Positions 1 to 10,125 are shown, numbered from the stretch's first letter. The stretch is 45,770 nucleotides of DNA from Betaproteobacteria bacterium SG8_39 (GCA_001303445.1 LJTQ01000012.1:22554-68323), one strand, 5' to 3'. Notes: generated by a model not told the origin, from the letters alone. Numbers and translations are program-made.

Positions 1-1
1 A

Positions 2-1858
2 CGCCGCATCGGCCCGGCGAGCGCGCGCGAAAGCTATCTCTCGATCGCGGCGGTAATCGAGGCTGCGCACAGCGCCGGTGCCGAGGCGATCCATCCCGGC
101 TACGGCTTCCTGTCGGAGAACGCGGCGTTTGCGAGCGCCTGCAAGGCTGCCGGTATCGTGTTCATCGGGCCAAGCGCGGAGGCGATTGCCGCCATGGGCG
201 ACAAGGCGGCGGCCAAGGCCCTGATGGAGAAGGCCGGCGTGCCGCTGGTGCCCGGCTATCACGGCGACAATCAGGACCCGGCCTTCCTCGCCGGGCAGGC
301 GGCGCAGATCGGCTTCCCGGTGCTCATCAAGGCCTCTGCGGGTGGCGGCGGCAAGGGCATGCGCGTTGTGAACAAGGCAAATGAGTTCGACGCGGCGCTC
401 ACCGGCGCGAAGCGCGAAGCCGCGGCAGCCTTCGGCGACGAGCGCGTGCTGATCGAACGCTATCTGCAGCGGCCGCGGCACATCGAAATACAGGTGTTCG
501 GCGACCCGCATGGCAACATCGTTCACCTGTTCGAGCGCGACTGCTCGGTGCAGCGCCGGCACCAGAAGGTGCTCGAAGAGGCGCCCGCGCCCGGGATGAC
601 GCAGGCGCGCCGGCGCGAGATGGGTGAAGCGGCGGTCGCTGCCGCGCGCAGCATCCGCTACACGGGCGCGGGCACGGTCGAATTCATCGCCGAGCAGGAT
701 GGCCGCTTCTACTTCATGGAGATGAATACGCGCCTGCAGGTCGAGCACCCGGTGACCGAAATGATCACCGGGCTCGATCTCGTCGAATGGCAACTGCGCG
801 TGGCCGCCGGCGAGCCGCTGCCGTGCAAGCAGGACGAACTGGCGATTCACGGGCATGCGATCGAAGCACGCATTTATGCCGAGGATCCGGCGCGCGGCTT
901 CCTGCCGCAGACCGGGCGTATCGCCCATCTGGCGTTTCCAGCCGCTTCGGGCACCGTGCGCATCGACACCGGCATCGAATCGGGCGCCGAAATCTCACCG
1001 CACTACGACCCGATGATCGCCAAGCTCGTCGTCTGGGGCGCCAATCGCGATGCAGCGCTCGCCGGTTTGCGCGCCGCGCTCGGCGAGACCGAGATCGCCG
1101 GTCCGCGCACCAACGTCGGCTTTCTGCAGCGCGTTGCGACGAGTGCGGCGTTCACCCAGGCCGCGCTCGACACCGGCCTGATCGAGCGCAACCGCGACGC
1201 GCTTTTCCCGACGACGGACGGCATGCCACGCGAACTGCTGGCGGGCGCCGCCTATGCCGAGCTGGTGCTGGAGGAAGGCGCTGCGCGTGCGCAGGCGCAC
1301 GCCTCGGGCGATCCGCATTCACCGTGGCACGCGGTCGACGGCTGGCGCCTGAACGAAGACTCGCACCACGACTTTGTTTTTCTCGAGGACGCGTTGGTGC
1401 ACACGGTACGCGTGCGCTTCCTGCCGCAGGAAATGCGCATCGAGATCGACGGCAAGGACCACGCCTTCGACGGCGAGCAGCTCGCCGACGGGCGCATGCT
1501 CGTGCGGCTGGACGGCAGCACGTTCAAGCTGCGCGCGGTGCGCGACGGCAGCGTGTGGCACCTGTTCTGCGGCGGGGCGTATCGCAGGTTTGCGCTGCGC
1601 GACGAGCTGCACGGTCTCGACGAGGATGCGGAAAGCGGCTCGCTCGCCGCACCGATGCCGGGCAAGGTGATCGCCGTCATGGCCAAGGTCGGCGACCGCG
1701 TCTCGAAGGGCAGCCCGCTGCTGGTTCTGGAGGCGATGAAAATGGAGCACACGATCACGGCGCCCGCGGATGGCCTGGTAAAGGACGTGCGCTGCGCGCC
1801 CGGTGAGCAGGTGGTGGAGGGTTTCGAGCTGATCACGTTCGAAGCCGACGCGGCCTGA
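2..1858 (+). CDS. liuD: 3-methylcrotonyl-CoA carboxylase alpha subunit (biotin carboxylase plus biotin carrier), 5'-truncated by the window edge
   Basis: The frame is open from base 2 (..AIHPGYGFLSEN..). Motifs GGGGKGMR, ERDCSVQRRHQK, EMNTRLQVEHPVTE and the C-terminal biotinylation motif EAMKME. Lies directly upstream of HMG-CoA lyase. Confidence 0.88.
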   Translation, partial: RRIGPASARESYLSIAAVIEAAHSAGAEAIHPGYGFLSENAAFASACKAAGIVFIGPSAEAIAAMGDKAAAKALMEKAGVPLVPGYHGDNQDPAFLAGQAAQIGFPVLIKASAGGGGKGMRVVNKANEFDAALTGAKREAAAAFGDERVLIERYLQRPRHIEIQVFGDPHGNIVHLFERDCSVQRRHQKVLEEAPAPGMTQARRREMGEAAVAAARSIRYTGAGTVEFIAEQDGRFYFMEMNTRLQVEHPVTEMITGLDLVEWQLRVAAGEPLPCKQDELAIHGHAIEARIYAEDPARGFLPQTGRIAHLAFPAASGTVRIDTGIESGAEISPHYDPMIAKLVVWGANRDAALAGLRAALGETEIAGPRTNVGFLQRVATSAAFTQAALDTGLIERNRDALFPTTDGMPRELLAGAAYAELVLEEGAARAQAHASGDPHSPWHAVDGWRLNEDSHHDFVFLEDALVHTVRVRFLPQEMRIEIDGKDHAFDGEQLADGRMLVRLDGSTFKLRAVRDGSVWHLFCGGAYRRFALRDELHGLDEDAESGSLAAPMPGKVIAVMAKVGDRVSKGSPLLVLEAMKMEHTITAPADGLVKDVRCAPGEQVVEGFELITFEADAA

Positions 1859-1876
1859 CCGGCCGGGGAGGACGGG

Positions 1877-2800
1877 ATGACACTGCCCAACACGGTGAGA
1901 ATCGTCGAAGTCGGCGCCCGCGACGGGCTGCAGAACGAGCCGGGCGAGCTGCCGACGCGCGTTAAGCTCGAGCTGATCGAGCGCCTCGGCGAGGCGGGCC
2001 TGCCGGCGATCGAGGCGACAGCGTTCGTTTCGCCGAAGTGGATTCCGCAAATGGCGGATCACACGGAGGTGCTGGAGGGCATCCGCCGAAAGCCGGGCGT
2101 GTCCTACCCCGTGCTGACGCCCAACCTAAGGGGGTTCGAAGCGGCGCTCGCCGCTGGCGCGACCGAGGTCGCCATCTTCGGTGCCGCATCGGAGGCGTTC
2201 TCGAAGAAGAATATCAACTGCTCGATCGCCGAATCGCTCGAACGCTTCGCCAAGGTCGCCGAGGCCGCGCGCGCCGCGAACGTGCGGGTGCGTGGCTATG
2301 TCTCCTGCGTCGTCGGCTGCCCTTACGAAGGCGATATCGCGCCCGAGTCGGTTGCACGTGTGGCGCAGGCGCTGCGCGACCTGGGCTGCTACGAGGTCTC
2401 GCTCGGCGACACGATCGGGGTCGGCACGCCGCGCAAGACGCAGTCGATGATCGAGGCCTGCGCCCGGCACGTGCCGATCGCGCAACTGGCCGGGCACTAT
2501 CACGACACCTACGGCCAGGCGCTCGCCAACATTTACGCCTCGCTCGAGCTGGGCATGGCCACCTTCGACGCCTCGGTCGCGGGCCTCGGCGGCTGCCCCT
2601 ATGCCGCCGGCGCCTCGGGCAACGTAGCCACCGAGGACGTGGTCTACCTGCTGCACGGCCTGGGTATACAGACCGGCATCGATCTCGACCGCCTGGCGGA
2701 GACCGGGCGCTGGATCAGCGACGTGCTCGGGCGGGCGTCGAGCTCGAAGGTCGGGCGCGCGCTCGCCGCGCAGAGCAACAAGGCGCAGCACGCCGCGTGA
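1877..2800 (+). CDS. hmgL: Hydroxymethylglutaryl-CoA lyase
   Basis: [19 protein letters not shown] and [17 protein letters not shown] motifs; GGAGG RBS. Confidence 0.95.
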   Translation: MTLPNTVRIVEVGARDGLQNEPGELPTRVKLELIERLGEAGLPAIEATAFVSPKWIPQMADHTEVLEGIRRKPGVSYPVLTPNLRGFEAALAAGATEVAIFGAASEAFSKKNINCSIAESLERFAKVAEAARAANVRVRGYVSCVVGCPYEGDIAPESVARVAQALRDLGCYEVSLGDTIGVGTPRKTQSMIEACARHVPIAQLAGHYHDTYGQALANIYASLELGMATFDASVAGLGGCPYAAGASGNVATEDVVYLLHGLGIQTGIDLDRLAETGRWISDVLGRASSSKVGRALAAQSNKAQHAA

Positions 2801-2805
2801 GCACG

Positions 2806-2988
2806 ATGGCCTCGCCCTGCGTGAACGTCTGCGTCATGGACGAGGCGCGCGGCCTGTGCCGCGGTTGCTACCGCACGCTCGACGAGATTGCGCGCTGGTC
2901 GGTCATGCATGACGCCGATAAGCGCGCCGTCATCGCCTTGCTCGAAGCGCGCAAAGGGGCAACCCCGGGGTCAGACCCCTGTGGATAA
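2806..2988 (+). CDS. DUF1289-like small Cys-rich protein
   Basis: MASPCVNVCVMDEARGLCRGCYRTLDEIARW pattern at the end of ORF 2038..2988. An alternative GTG start at 2797 overlaps the hmgL stop. Confidence 0.85.
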   Translation: MASPCVNVCVMDEARGLCRGCYRTLDEIARWSVMHDADKRAVIALLEARKGATPGSDPCG

Positions 2989-3022
2989 CTTACCTTCGAG
3001 TTATCCACAGGGGTCTGACCCC
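2967..3022. repeat. Perfect 24-bp inverted repeat (REP-doublet-like) containing two DnaA-box 9-mers
   Basis: GGGGTCAGACCCCTGTGGATAACT (2967-2990), 8-nt loop TACCTTCG, then AGTTATCCACAGGGGTCTGACCCC (2999-3022). Confidence 0.95.
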
Positions 3023-3931
3023 AGGCTACCGGACTCGATCCGCGTTCTCGAGCGCGGCTGGCTGTCGTCGAACAACATCGTGCTGCATGACGACGCGGAC
3101 AGCGGCACCGTGATCGACACGGGGTACGTGTCGCATGGCGCGCAGACCGTCGCGCTGGTGCGGCACGCGCTCGAGGGCCGCCGCCTCAGCAGACTGGTAA
3201 ACACCCATTGCCACTCGGACCACATCGGCGGCAACGCCGCGCTTGCGCGCGCGTTCGGCTGCACGATCACGATTCCGACGGGCGAAGCGCGCAATGTCAC
3301 CGCATGGGACACCGAGGCGCTGCACCTCGACGGCTTCGGCCAGCGCTGCGAACGCTTCGCATTCGATTCGACGATGACCGCCGGCGACCGCCTGACGATG
3401 GGCGGGTTCGAGTGGCAGGCGCTGGCCGCCCCGGGCCATGACATGGATTCGCTCGTCCTCTATGCGCCCGAACCGAGGCTGCTGATCTCGGCCGACGCGC
3501 TGTGGGAGAACGGCTTCGGCGTGCTGTTTCCCGAGCTCTATGGCGAGCCCGGCCTCGACGCGACGCGCGCGACGCTCGATCGCATTGCCGCGCTCGACGT
3601 TGCGACGGTCATCCCGGGCCACGGCGCGATATTCAGCGACGTCGACGCGGCGCTCGAGCGGGCCTACGGCCGACTGGACGCCTTCGCGCGCGATCCCGGG
3701 CGGGTCACGCGCAATGCCTTTCGCGCCCTGATCGTTTTCCACCTCCTCGATCGCCAATCCGCGCATGTCGACGAACTCGCGGCATTGCTCGAACAGGCGA
3801 GCTTCTTCGCCATGCTCAACGCGCGCTCATATCGGCTGGAGCCGGGCGCGCTGGCGCAGAAGCTGGTCACCGACCTCGTGGCCGCGGGCGTGCTGCAGGT
3901 CGAGGCCGACGTGGTACGCCCCGCGCCCTAG
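2981..3931 (+). CDS. MBL-fold metallo-hydrolase
   Basis: THCHSDHIGG metal motif, PGH, SADALW, IPGHG. The start is uncertain; GTG 2981 was chosen as the last in-frame start before the conserved RVLERGWLSSNN. Confidence 0.85.
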   Translation: MDNLPSSYPQGSDPRLPDSIRVLERGWLSSNNIVLHDDADSGTVIDTGYVSHGAQTVALVRHALEGRRLSRLVNTHCHSDHIGGNAALARAFGCTITIPTGEARNVTAWDTEALHLDGFGQRCERFAFDSTMTAGDRLTMGGFEWQALAAPGHDMDSLVLYAPEPRLLISADALWENGFGVLFPELYGEPGLDATRATLDRIAALDVATVIPGHGAIFSDVDAALERAYGRLDAFARDPGRVTRNAFRALIVFHLLDRQSAHVDELAALLEQASFFAMLNARSYRLEPGALAQKLVTDLVAAGVLQVEADVVRPAP

Positions 3932-3939
3932 AGCGAGTC

Positions 3940-4563
3940 ATGCGCACGATCGCCTGGTACTTCGATTTCGTTTCACCGTACGCCTACCTGTGCCTGCAAC
4001 GGTTGCCCGAGGTCGCTGCCGACATCGAATACCGGCCCGTGCTGTTTGCCGGATTGCTGGCGCACTGGGGACAGAAGGGTCCCGCAGAGCTGGCGCCGAA
4101 GCGGCTGTGGACCTACCGCTTCTGTCAGTGGCAGGCCGACACCCTCGGCATTCCGTTTCGCTTCCCTGCGCAGCACCCGTTCAACCCGCTGCACCACCTG
4201 CGCCTGGCGATTGCCGCCGGCGCAACGCCTGCGGCGGTGCGCCGGATCTTCGAGGCGATCTGGACGACGGGCGCGGACGCCGCCGATCCGGCGGCATTCG
4301 AGGCGCTGTGCCGGGAGCTGAACGTCGAGCCCGACGTGCTCGCCGCGGCCGAGGTGAAGGACGCGCTGCGCGCGAACACCGAGCAGGCCACGCAGCGCGG
4401 CGTGTTCGGGGTGCCGACCTTCGACGTCGAAGGTGAACTCTTCTGGGGCGTCGACGCGATCGACTTCCTCAAGGCCTATCTCGAGGATCCTTCGATCCTG
4501 CGCAGCGCCGAGATGGAGCGCCTGAAGACGCTCCCGGTCGGCGCTGCGCGAAAAGCCTCTTAG
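3940..4563 (+). CDS. 2-hydroxychromene-2-carboxylate isomerase / GST-kappa (DsbA-like) family protein
   Basis: YFDFVSPYAYL N-terminus and GVFGVPTF..ELFWG C-terminus. Confidence 0.88.
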   Translation: MRTIAWYFDFVSPYAYLCLQRLPEVAADIEYRPVLFAGLLAHWGQKGPAELAPKRLWTYRFCQWQADTLGIPFRFPAQHPFNPLHHLRLAIAAGATPAAVRRIFEAIWTTGADAADPAAFEALCRELNVEPDVLAAAEVKDALRANTEQATQRGVFGVPTFDVEGELFWGVDAIDFLKAYLEDPSILRSAEMERLKTLPVGAARKAS

Positions 4564-4567
4564 CCGC

Positions 4568-5398
4568 CTAGAACTTCAAGCTGTCGCCCGGCTGCATGAC
4601 GTGGACCTTGGTCTGCGTCTTGCCGAGCGCCTTCTTGAATTCGTCCGGGGTGCCCTTGAGCGGCGGGAACGTCCCATAGTGCATCGGCACCACGTGCTTG
4701 GGCTTGAGCATCGTGCGCGTTGCGTAGGCGGCATGCACCGGGTCCATCGTGAAGTGTCCGCCGATCGGCAGCAGGGCGAGGTCGGGCTTGTAATACTCGC
4801 CGATGAATTTCATGTCGCCGAACACGCCCGTGTCACCCGCGTGGTAGATCGTGAAGCCGTTCTCGAGCTTGATGATGTAGCCCGCCGGCTCGCCGCCCGG
4901 GTGCACGGAGCGCTTCTTCGTCTCGGGATCGGTGTACACGACCTCCGAGCTATGCTCCGCGTGCACCATGGTCACGGTGATGCCCGCGCCGAGCGGCTGG
5001 ATCGGGCCACTCTTGTTGAAGCGCACCATCTGCTTGCCGTCGACCAGTCCGAGCGTGTCGTAGGTCGTGCCCATGTCGGCATTGAGCAGCACTTTCGCCC
5101 CCGTCAGCTTCGCGAGCTCGGGCACGTCTGCCGTATGGTCGAAGTGCGCATGGGTGACGAGAATCATGTCGACGTTGCCAAGCGCCTTGAGGTCCTTGTA
5201 CTGGTCGGGCGTCTTCGGGTTCTTCACGAGAAACGGATCGATCACGATCACCTTGCCCTTGGGCGTCGTGATCTTGAACGCAGCCTGACCGAGCCACAGC
5301 ACTTCGGTCTTGCCACCTTGGGCGCTGGCCGCGGTACCGAAGGCGACAAACGCACAGGCACAGAGCAGCGCGCACAGCGCGCGGACGAGCTTCGTCAT
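4568..5398 (-). CDS. Exported metal-dependent hydrolase (UPF0173, MBL fold)
   Basis: Signal peptide MTKLVRALCALL..ASAQ; WLGQA, THAHFDH, YHAGDT, PIGGHFTM and PMHYGTFP motifs; GGAGGAGG RBS before ATG 5398. Confidence 0.88.
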   Translation of the reverse strand: MTKLVRALCALLCACAFVAFGTAASAQGGKTEVLWLGQAAFKITTPKGKVIVIDPFLVKNPKTPDQYKDLKALGNVDMILVTHAHFDHTADVPELAKLTGAKVLLNADMGTTYDTLGLVDGKQMVRFNKSGPIQPLGAGITVTMVHAEHSSEVVYTDPETKKRSVHPGGEPAGYIIKLENGFTIYHAGDTGVFGDMKFIGEYYKPDLALLPIGGHFTMDPVHAAYATRTMLKPKHVVPMHYGTFPPLKGTPDEFKKALGKTQTKVHVMQPGDSLKF

Positions 5399-5463
5399 AC
5401 GGGGTTCCTCCTCCAAAAGGGACGCCACACTAGCACGAAGCGGGCGCCGGCCGTCAAGCGCCG

Positions 5464-6714
5464 TCAGCCGTACTTGCGCAGGTCCTCGATGACCTTGCCG
5501 TCGTTCGGCAGGCTGCCGGGCGCGACCAGCTCGACCTCGCCGCGCAGCTTGGTGACGTCGCGAATCGATCCGACGATCGCCTCGACCAGCCCGGCCGGTC
5601 GATCGTTCGCCTCGCAACGCAACGTCATGCGGTCGTTGCCGGTCTCGCCCTCGACCACCAGACGCGCCTTGGTCACCTCGGGGTGACGGCGCAGCACCTC
5701 GTTCACCTGCTTCGGCGTGACGAACATCGCCCGCACCTTGGTCGTCTGGTCGGCGCGCCCCATCCAGCCCTTGATGCGGGTGTTGGTGCGGCCGCAGGGA
5801 CTCGTCCCCGGCAGGACCGCGGACAGGTCGCCGGTGCCAAAGCGGACCAGCGGGTAGTCCTTGTTGAAGGTGGTGACGACGACTTCGCCCACCTCGCCTG
5901 GCGCCACCGGGTCGCCGGTACCGGGGCGCACGATTTCGACGATCAGCTGCTCGTCGAGAATCATGCCTTCATTGACGCTGCCGTCCGGATTGAGCGACTC
6001 GTAGCCCAACAGGCCGAGGTCCGCTGTCGCGTAAGTCTGGGAAACACCGATGCCGCGCGCGCGCATCGCTTCACGCAGGGCGGGCGGCAGATACTCGGCG
6101 CCGACATGGGCCTTTTTCAGGCAGGACAGATCGACGTTCAGCTCGGCCGCCTTCTCGACGATCAGCTTGAGGAACGACGGGGTGCCGACGAAGGCCACCG
6201 CGCCGAGATCGCGGATCGTCGACACCTGGATCTCGGTCTGCCCGGTGCCGGTGGGCACCACGGTGCAGCCGATGGCGAGCGCGCCCGATTCGAGCATCGA
6301 GCCCGCAGGGGTGAAGTGATAGGCGAAGGTATTGACGACGAGGTCCCCGGCGCGAAAACCGCCGGCATAGAGGCCGCGTGCCGTGCGCCACCAGTTCTTG
6401 CCGAGGCCCTCCGGCTCGTAGATCGGCCCGGGCGAAACAAACAGCTTGTTGAGCTTCTCGAGCGGCGTGGCGTTCAGCCCGCCGAGCGGCGGAGCCGCTT
6501 TCTGCAGCTCGCCAAGATCGGACTTGCGCGTCACCGGCAGCCTGGCGAGTGCCGCGCGCGAGTCGACGCTTTTCGCATCGACTCCTTTGAGAATGCGCCT
6601 GAAGCCGGGCGCGCGACGCTTGGCCAGCGCGATCTGCTTCGGCAGCGCCGCCATGAGCTGCGCCTCGCGCTCGTCCGGCGAGCGGGTCTCGAGCGTGTCG
6701 TAGTGCTCGGTCAT
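5464..6714 (-). CDS. Phenylacetate-CoA ligase-like AMP-binding protein
   Basis: LPVTRKSDL, YATADLG, RFGTGDLS, GWMGRADQTTKVR. Last gene of the ABC operon. Confidence 0.85.
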   Translation of the reverse strand: MTEHYDTLETRSPDEREAQLMAALPKQIALAKRRAPGFRRILKGVDAKSVDSRAALARLPVTRKSDLGELQKAAPPLGGLNATPLEKLNKLFVSPGPIYEPEGLGKNWWRTARGLYAGGFRAGDLVVNTFAYHFTPAGSMLESGALAIGCTVVPTGTGQTEIQVSTIRDLGAVAFVGTPSFLKLIVEKAAELNVDLSCLKKAHVGAEYLPPALREAMRARGIGVSQTYATADLGLLGYESLNPDGSVNEGMILDEQLIVEIVRPGTGDPVAPGEVGEVVVTTFNKDYPLVRFGTGDLSAVLPGTSPCGRTNTRIKGWMGRADQTTKVRAMFVTPKQVNEVLRRHPEVTKARLVVEGETGNDRMTLRCEANDRPAGLVEAIVGSIRDVTKLRGEVELVAPGSLPNDGKVIEDLRKYG

Positions 6715-6719
6715 GCCTT

Positions 6720-7544
6720 TTACAGCCAGCGCTTGCGGCGCCTGTAGGACTTTACGTCGCGGAAGCTCTTGCGCTCGCCCGAGGAGAAGCCGAGGTAAAA
6801 CTCCTTCACGTCCTCGTTCTCGGCGAGTGACTTGCCTTCCCCGTCCATCACCACACGCCCGTTCTCCAGGATGTAGCCGTAATCGGCGTACTTGAGCGCG
6901 ATGTGGGTGTTCTGCTCCGCAAGCAGGAAGCTCACGCCTTCCTTGCCGTTCAGGTCCTTGACGATTTCGAAGATCTCTTCGACCAGCTGAGGCGCCAGAC
7001 CCATCGACGGCTCGTCGAGCAGGATCATCTTCGGACGCGCCATCAGCGCGCGACCGATCGCCGTCATCTGCTGCTCGCCGCCCGAGGTGTAGCCGGACTG
7101 CGACTTGCGGCGATCCCTGAGGCGCGGAAAGTAGGTGTAAACCTTGTCGAGCTCAGCCTGCAGGTCGGCGCCTTTGCGGGTGTACGCCCCGGTCAGTAGG
7201 TTCTCCTCGACCGTGAGGTGCTGGAAGCAGTGCCGGCCCTCCATCACCTGGCAGATGCCGCGGCGCACCAGCTCGGATGGGTTGAGCTGGTCGATGCGCT
7301 CGCCCTGGAACAGGATCTGGCCCTTGGTCACCTCGCCGCGCTCGGCGCGCAGCAGGTTGGAAATCGCCTTCAGCGTCGTCGTCTTGCCGGCACCGTTGGC
7401 GCCGAGCAGGGCGACGATCTGGCCTTCAGGGACCTCGAGACTGACACCGCGCAGCACCAGAATGACGTGATCGTAAATGACCTCGACATTGTTGATGGAC
7501 AGGTACGCGCGGGGCTGGGATTGCGGTACTGCGGACATCTGCAA
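6720..7544 (-). CDS. ABC transporter ATP-binding protein (LivF-like)
   Basis: Walker A GANGAGKTT, SGGEQQM signature, LLDEPSMGLAP. Confidence 0.93.
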   Translation of the reverse strand: MQMSAVPQSQPRAYLSINNVEVIYDHVILVLRGVSLEVPEGQIVALLGANGAGKTTTLKAISNLLRAERGEVTKGQILFQGERIDQLNPSELVRRGICQVMEGRHCFQHLTVEENLLTGAYTRKGADLQAELDKVYTYFPRLRDRRKSQSGYTSGGEQQMTAIGRALMARPKMILLDEPSMGLAPQLVEEIFEIVKDLNGKEGVSFLLAEQNTHIALKYADYGYILENGRVVMDGEGKSLAENEDVKEFYLGFSSGERKSFRDVKSYRRRKRWL

Positions 7545-7555
7545 ACTCCGGACGT

Positions 7556-7582
7556 AAAAAGGGGGAAGGTCGCCCTTCCCCC
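7556..7582 (-). terminator. Intra-operon intrinsic terminator-like hairpin after the binding-protein gene
   Basis: 9-bp stem GGGGGAAGG/CCTTCCCCC (7561-7582) with a 4-nt loop, followed on the minus strand by TTTTT (7556-7560). Confidence 0.7.
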
Positions 7583-7599
7583 GATTCGCCTTACCGTGC

Positions 7600-8928
7600 T
7601 CAGCTTTCCTTCGAGCAGTCGCGCGGGGTGATGCCCTTCTCCTTGGCGTACTTCGCGGCGTCCTCCTCGATCATCGGCCGCACCAGCGCCTTGTCGGCCG
7701 TGATCCAGTCGGTGATCACGTTCCACTTGGTGCCGTCCCACTGCTGGAACTTGACCTGGCCGCCACCCTCATGATCCAGGCAGGAGACCTTCAACGGCTG
7801 CATGAAGCCCGTGGCGCCGAGCTTCTTCAGATAGGCCTCGCTGATGTCCAGGTTCTCGAGGCCCCAGCGCACCTGCTCGCCCGTCATCGACTGCCCCTTG
7901 CCGTACTTCTCCTGCGCCTTGCGCACCGCCTCGACCGTCACGATCGCGAACACCACGCCGCGGTTGTAGAAGATCGAGCCGATCCGGCTTTGGTCTTCCA
8001 TCTCGCCTTCGCCCTTGGCATAGACGTTCTTCTTGATGTCCTGGATCACCGGGAAATTGGCGCCCGATATGTTGAAGCCGGCTGCCATGTAGCCCTTCGC
8101 CGCGCTGCCGGCCGGAATGACGTCCTCTTCCGCGCCCGACCACCACACGCCGATCATCTTGTTGCGCGGGAATCCGATCTTGGCTGCGGCCTTGATCGCC
8201 GTCGGGTTCATCACCCCCCAGCCCCAGAGGATCACCCAGTTCGGCTTGATCTGGCGGATCTGCAGCCACTGCGACTGCTGCTCGTTGCCGGGATGCGGGA
8301 CCGCGAGGAGCGTCAGCTCATAGCCGTACTGTTCCGCCATCTTCTGCAGGACTGCATGCGGCTCCTTGCCGTAGGCCGAGTCGTGATAGACGAGCACGAT
8401 CTTCTTGCCCTTCAGCTTGGCGGTGCCGCCTTCCTTCGAAGCGATGAACTTGATCATCGCCGTCGCCTGCGACCAGTAGGTTGTGATCAGCGGGAACACG
8501 TAGGGGAACACGCGCCCGTCAGCAGCCGAGGTGCGCCCGTAGCCGATCGACACGATGGGAATCTTGTCCGCAGTCCCCTTCTCGATCAGCGAATAGGTGA
8601 TTCCGGTCGAGAGCGGGTGGATCATCGTCGCGCCGGTCGGACCCTTTTTCTTCGAACGCTCGTAGCACTCGACGCCGCGCGCGTTGTTGTACTCGGTCTC
8701 GCACTTCTCCCAGGTGAACTTGACGCCGTTCACCCCGCCATCGCGGGCGTTGATCATCTTCAGGTAATCGAGAAATCCGCCGAAGATTCCCGAGCCACCG
8801 GGTGCATACGGGCCGACCCAGTATCCGTTCGCCGGAACGAACTGCTCCTTCGCCTGCGCCGACGCCGTTCCGGTGTAGCCGGCCGCCAACAGCGCAACGC
8901 TAGCCAATGCCAAAGTGGTGCGTTTCAT
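7600..8928 (-). CDS. ABC transporter substrate-binding protein (Liv/periplasmic binding protein type 1)
   Basis: Signal peptide, INARDGGVNGVK, CETEYN, YHDSAYGKE; GGAGGAGG RBS. Confidence 0.92.
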   Translation of the reverse strand: MKRTTLALASVALLAAGYTGTASAQAKEQFVPANGYWVGPYAPGGSGIFGGFLDYLKMINARDGGVNGVKFTWEKCETEYNNARGVECYERSKKKGPTGATMIHPLSTGITYSLIEKGTADKIPIVSIGYGRTSAADGRVFPYVFPLITTYWSQATAMIKFIASKEGGTAKLKGKKIVLVYHDSAYGKEPHAVLQKMAEQYGYELTLLAVPHPGNEQQSQWLQIRQIKPNWVILWGWGVMNPTAIKAAAKIGFPRNKMIGVWWSGAEEDVIPAGSAAKGYMAAGFNISGANFPVIQDIKKNVYAKGEGEMEDQSRIGSIFYNRGVVFAIVTVEAVRKAQEKYGKGQSMTGEQVRWGLENLDISEAYLKKLGATGFMQPLKVSCLDHEGGGQVKFQQWDGTKWNVITDWITADKALVRPMIEEDAAKYAKEKGITPRDCSKES

Positions 8929-9046
8929 GATTCCTCCTCCTCCGTAACCGCCCTAGGGTTCTGTTCAAAATAGCGGAACAACGAGTATAGCCAGAAAGTT
9001 CCGGGTGTCCACCCCCGGGGCATTCCGCGATCCGGGGCTCACTTGC

Positions 9047-10123
9047 TCAATGCGGGAACGGCCACAGCCGCAACTTCTCCTTGGCGATCTGCCAAAGCCG
9101 AGCCAAACCGTTCGGCTCGACGATCAGGAAAAAGATAATCAATCCGCCGAAAATCATCAGCTCGGCATTCGACACGACCGCGTGCGAGATCTCGATGTCG
9201 AAGGTATTCGCGATGACCTCGGTCGCCAGGTTGAGGAAGATCGGCAGCAGCGTGATGAAGGCCGCACCGACGAACGAGCCCATGATCGAGCCCACGCCGC
9301 CGATGATGACCATGAACAGCACGCGGAAGCTCAGGTCGAGCACGAAGGCCTCGGGCTCGACCGTGCCGAGGTAGCAGTAAGCGTACAGCGCGCCGGCGAC
9401 GCCGCAGTAAAACGAGCTGATCGCGAAGGCCAGCAGTTTGGTCTTCATCATGGGAATGCCGATGACTTCGGCGGCAACGTCCATGTCGCGCACCGCCATG
9501 AATGCGCGCCCGGTCTCGCTGCGCATCAGGTTCTTCGCCAGCAGCGCCAGCACGACCACGATCGACAGCGTCAGGACATACTTCGAGGCCGGCGTGTCGA
9601 AGGTGTAGCCGAGGATCACCATCTTCTGCGCCGAAATGACGCCGGACGAGCTGTAATTGGTGAACCAGCCGACGCGGTTGATCGCCCACAGCACGAAGAA
9701 CTGGCAGGCCAGTGTTGCGACCGCGAGGTAGAACCCCTTGATGCGCAGGCTCGGCAGCCCGAAGACGACGCCGACGGCCGCCGCGCACAGCCCGCCGATG
9801 ATGAACGAGCCAAGGAGCGGCATGCCCGGGATGCGCAATTCGGCGTTGTAGGCCATGAACGCGCCGACCGCCATGAACGCCGCGGTGCCGAGCGAGATCT
9901 GGCCCGCGTAGCCGGTGAGGATGTTGAGTCCCAGCGTCGCGAGCGACAGAACCAGGAACGGGATCAGCAGCGCGGAGAACCAGTACTGGGTAGCGACGAA
10001 GGGCACGACAAGGAACGCGACGGCCAGCAGCAGGATCACCCCGATCCGGTCCTGCCGGATCGGGAAGATCTGCATGTCCTCGGCGTAGGTGGACTTGAAC
10101 TGTCCGGCTTCGCGGTAGAGCAT
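9047..10123 (-). CDS. ABC transporter permease (LivM-like)
   Basis: GLNILTGYAGQISLG, LRIKGFYLAVATL; hydrophobic. Confidence 0.92.
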   Translation of the reverse strand: MLYREAGQFKSTYAEDMQIFPIRQDRIGVILLLAVAFLVVPFVATQYWFSALLIPFLVLSLATLGLNILTGYAGQISLGTAAFMAVGAFMAYNAELRIPGMPLLGSFIIGGLCAAAVGVVFGLPSLRIKGFYLAVATLACQFFVLWAINRVGWFTNYSSSGVISAQKMVILGYTFDTPASKYVLTLSIVVVLALLAKNLMRSETGRAFMAVRDMDVAAEVIGIPMMKTKLLAFAISSFYCGVAGALYAYCYLGTVEPEAFVLDLSFRVLFMVIIGGVGSIMGSFVGAAFITLLPIFLNLATEVIANTFDIEISHAVVSNAELMIFGGLIIFFLIVEPNGLARLWQIAKEKLRLWPFPH

Positions 10124-10125
10124 GG

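Noticed and set aside
2980-3009. Replication origin suggested by two perfect DnaA boxes
   Set aside because: There are only two boxes, inside coding sequence, with no AT-rich unwinding element and no dnaA/dnaN/gidA/parAB nearby.
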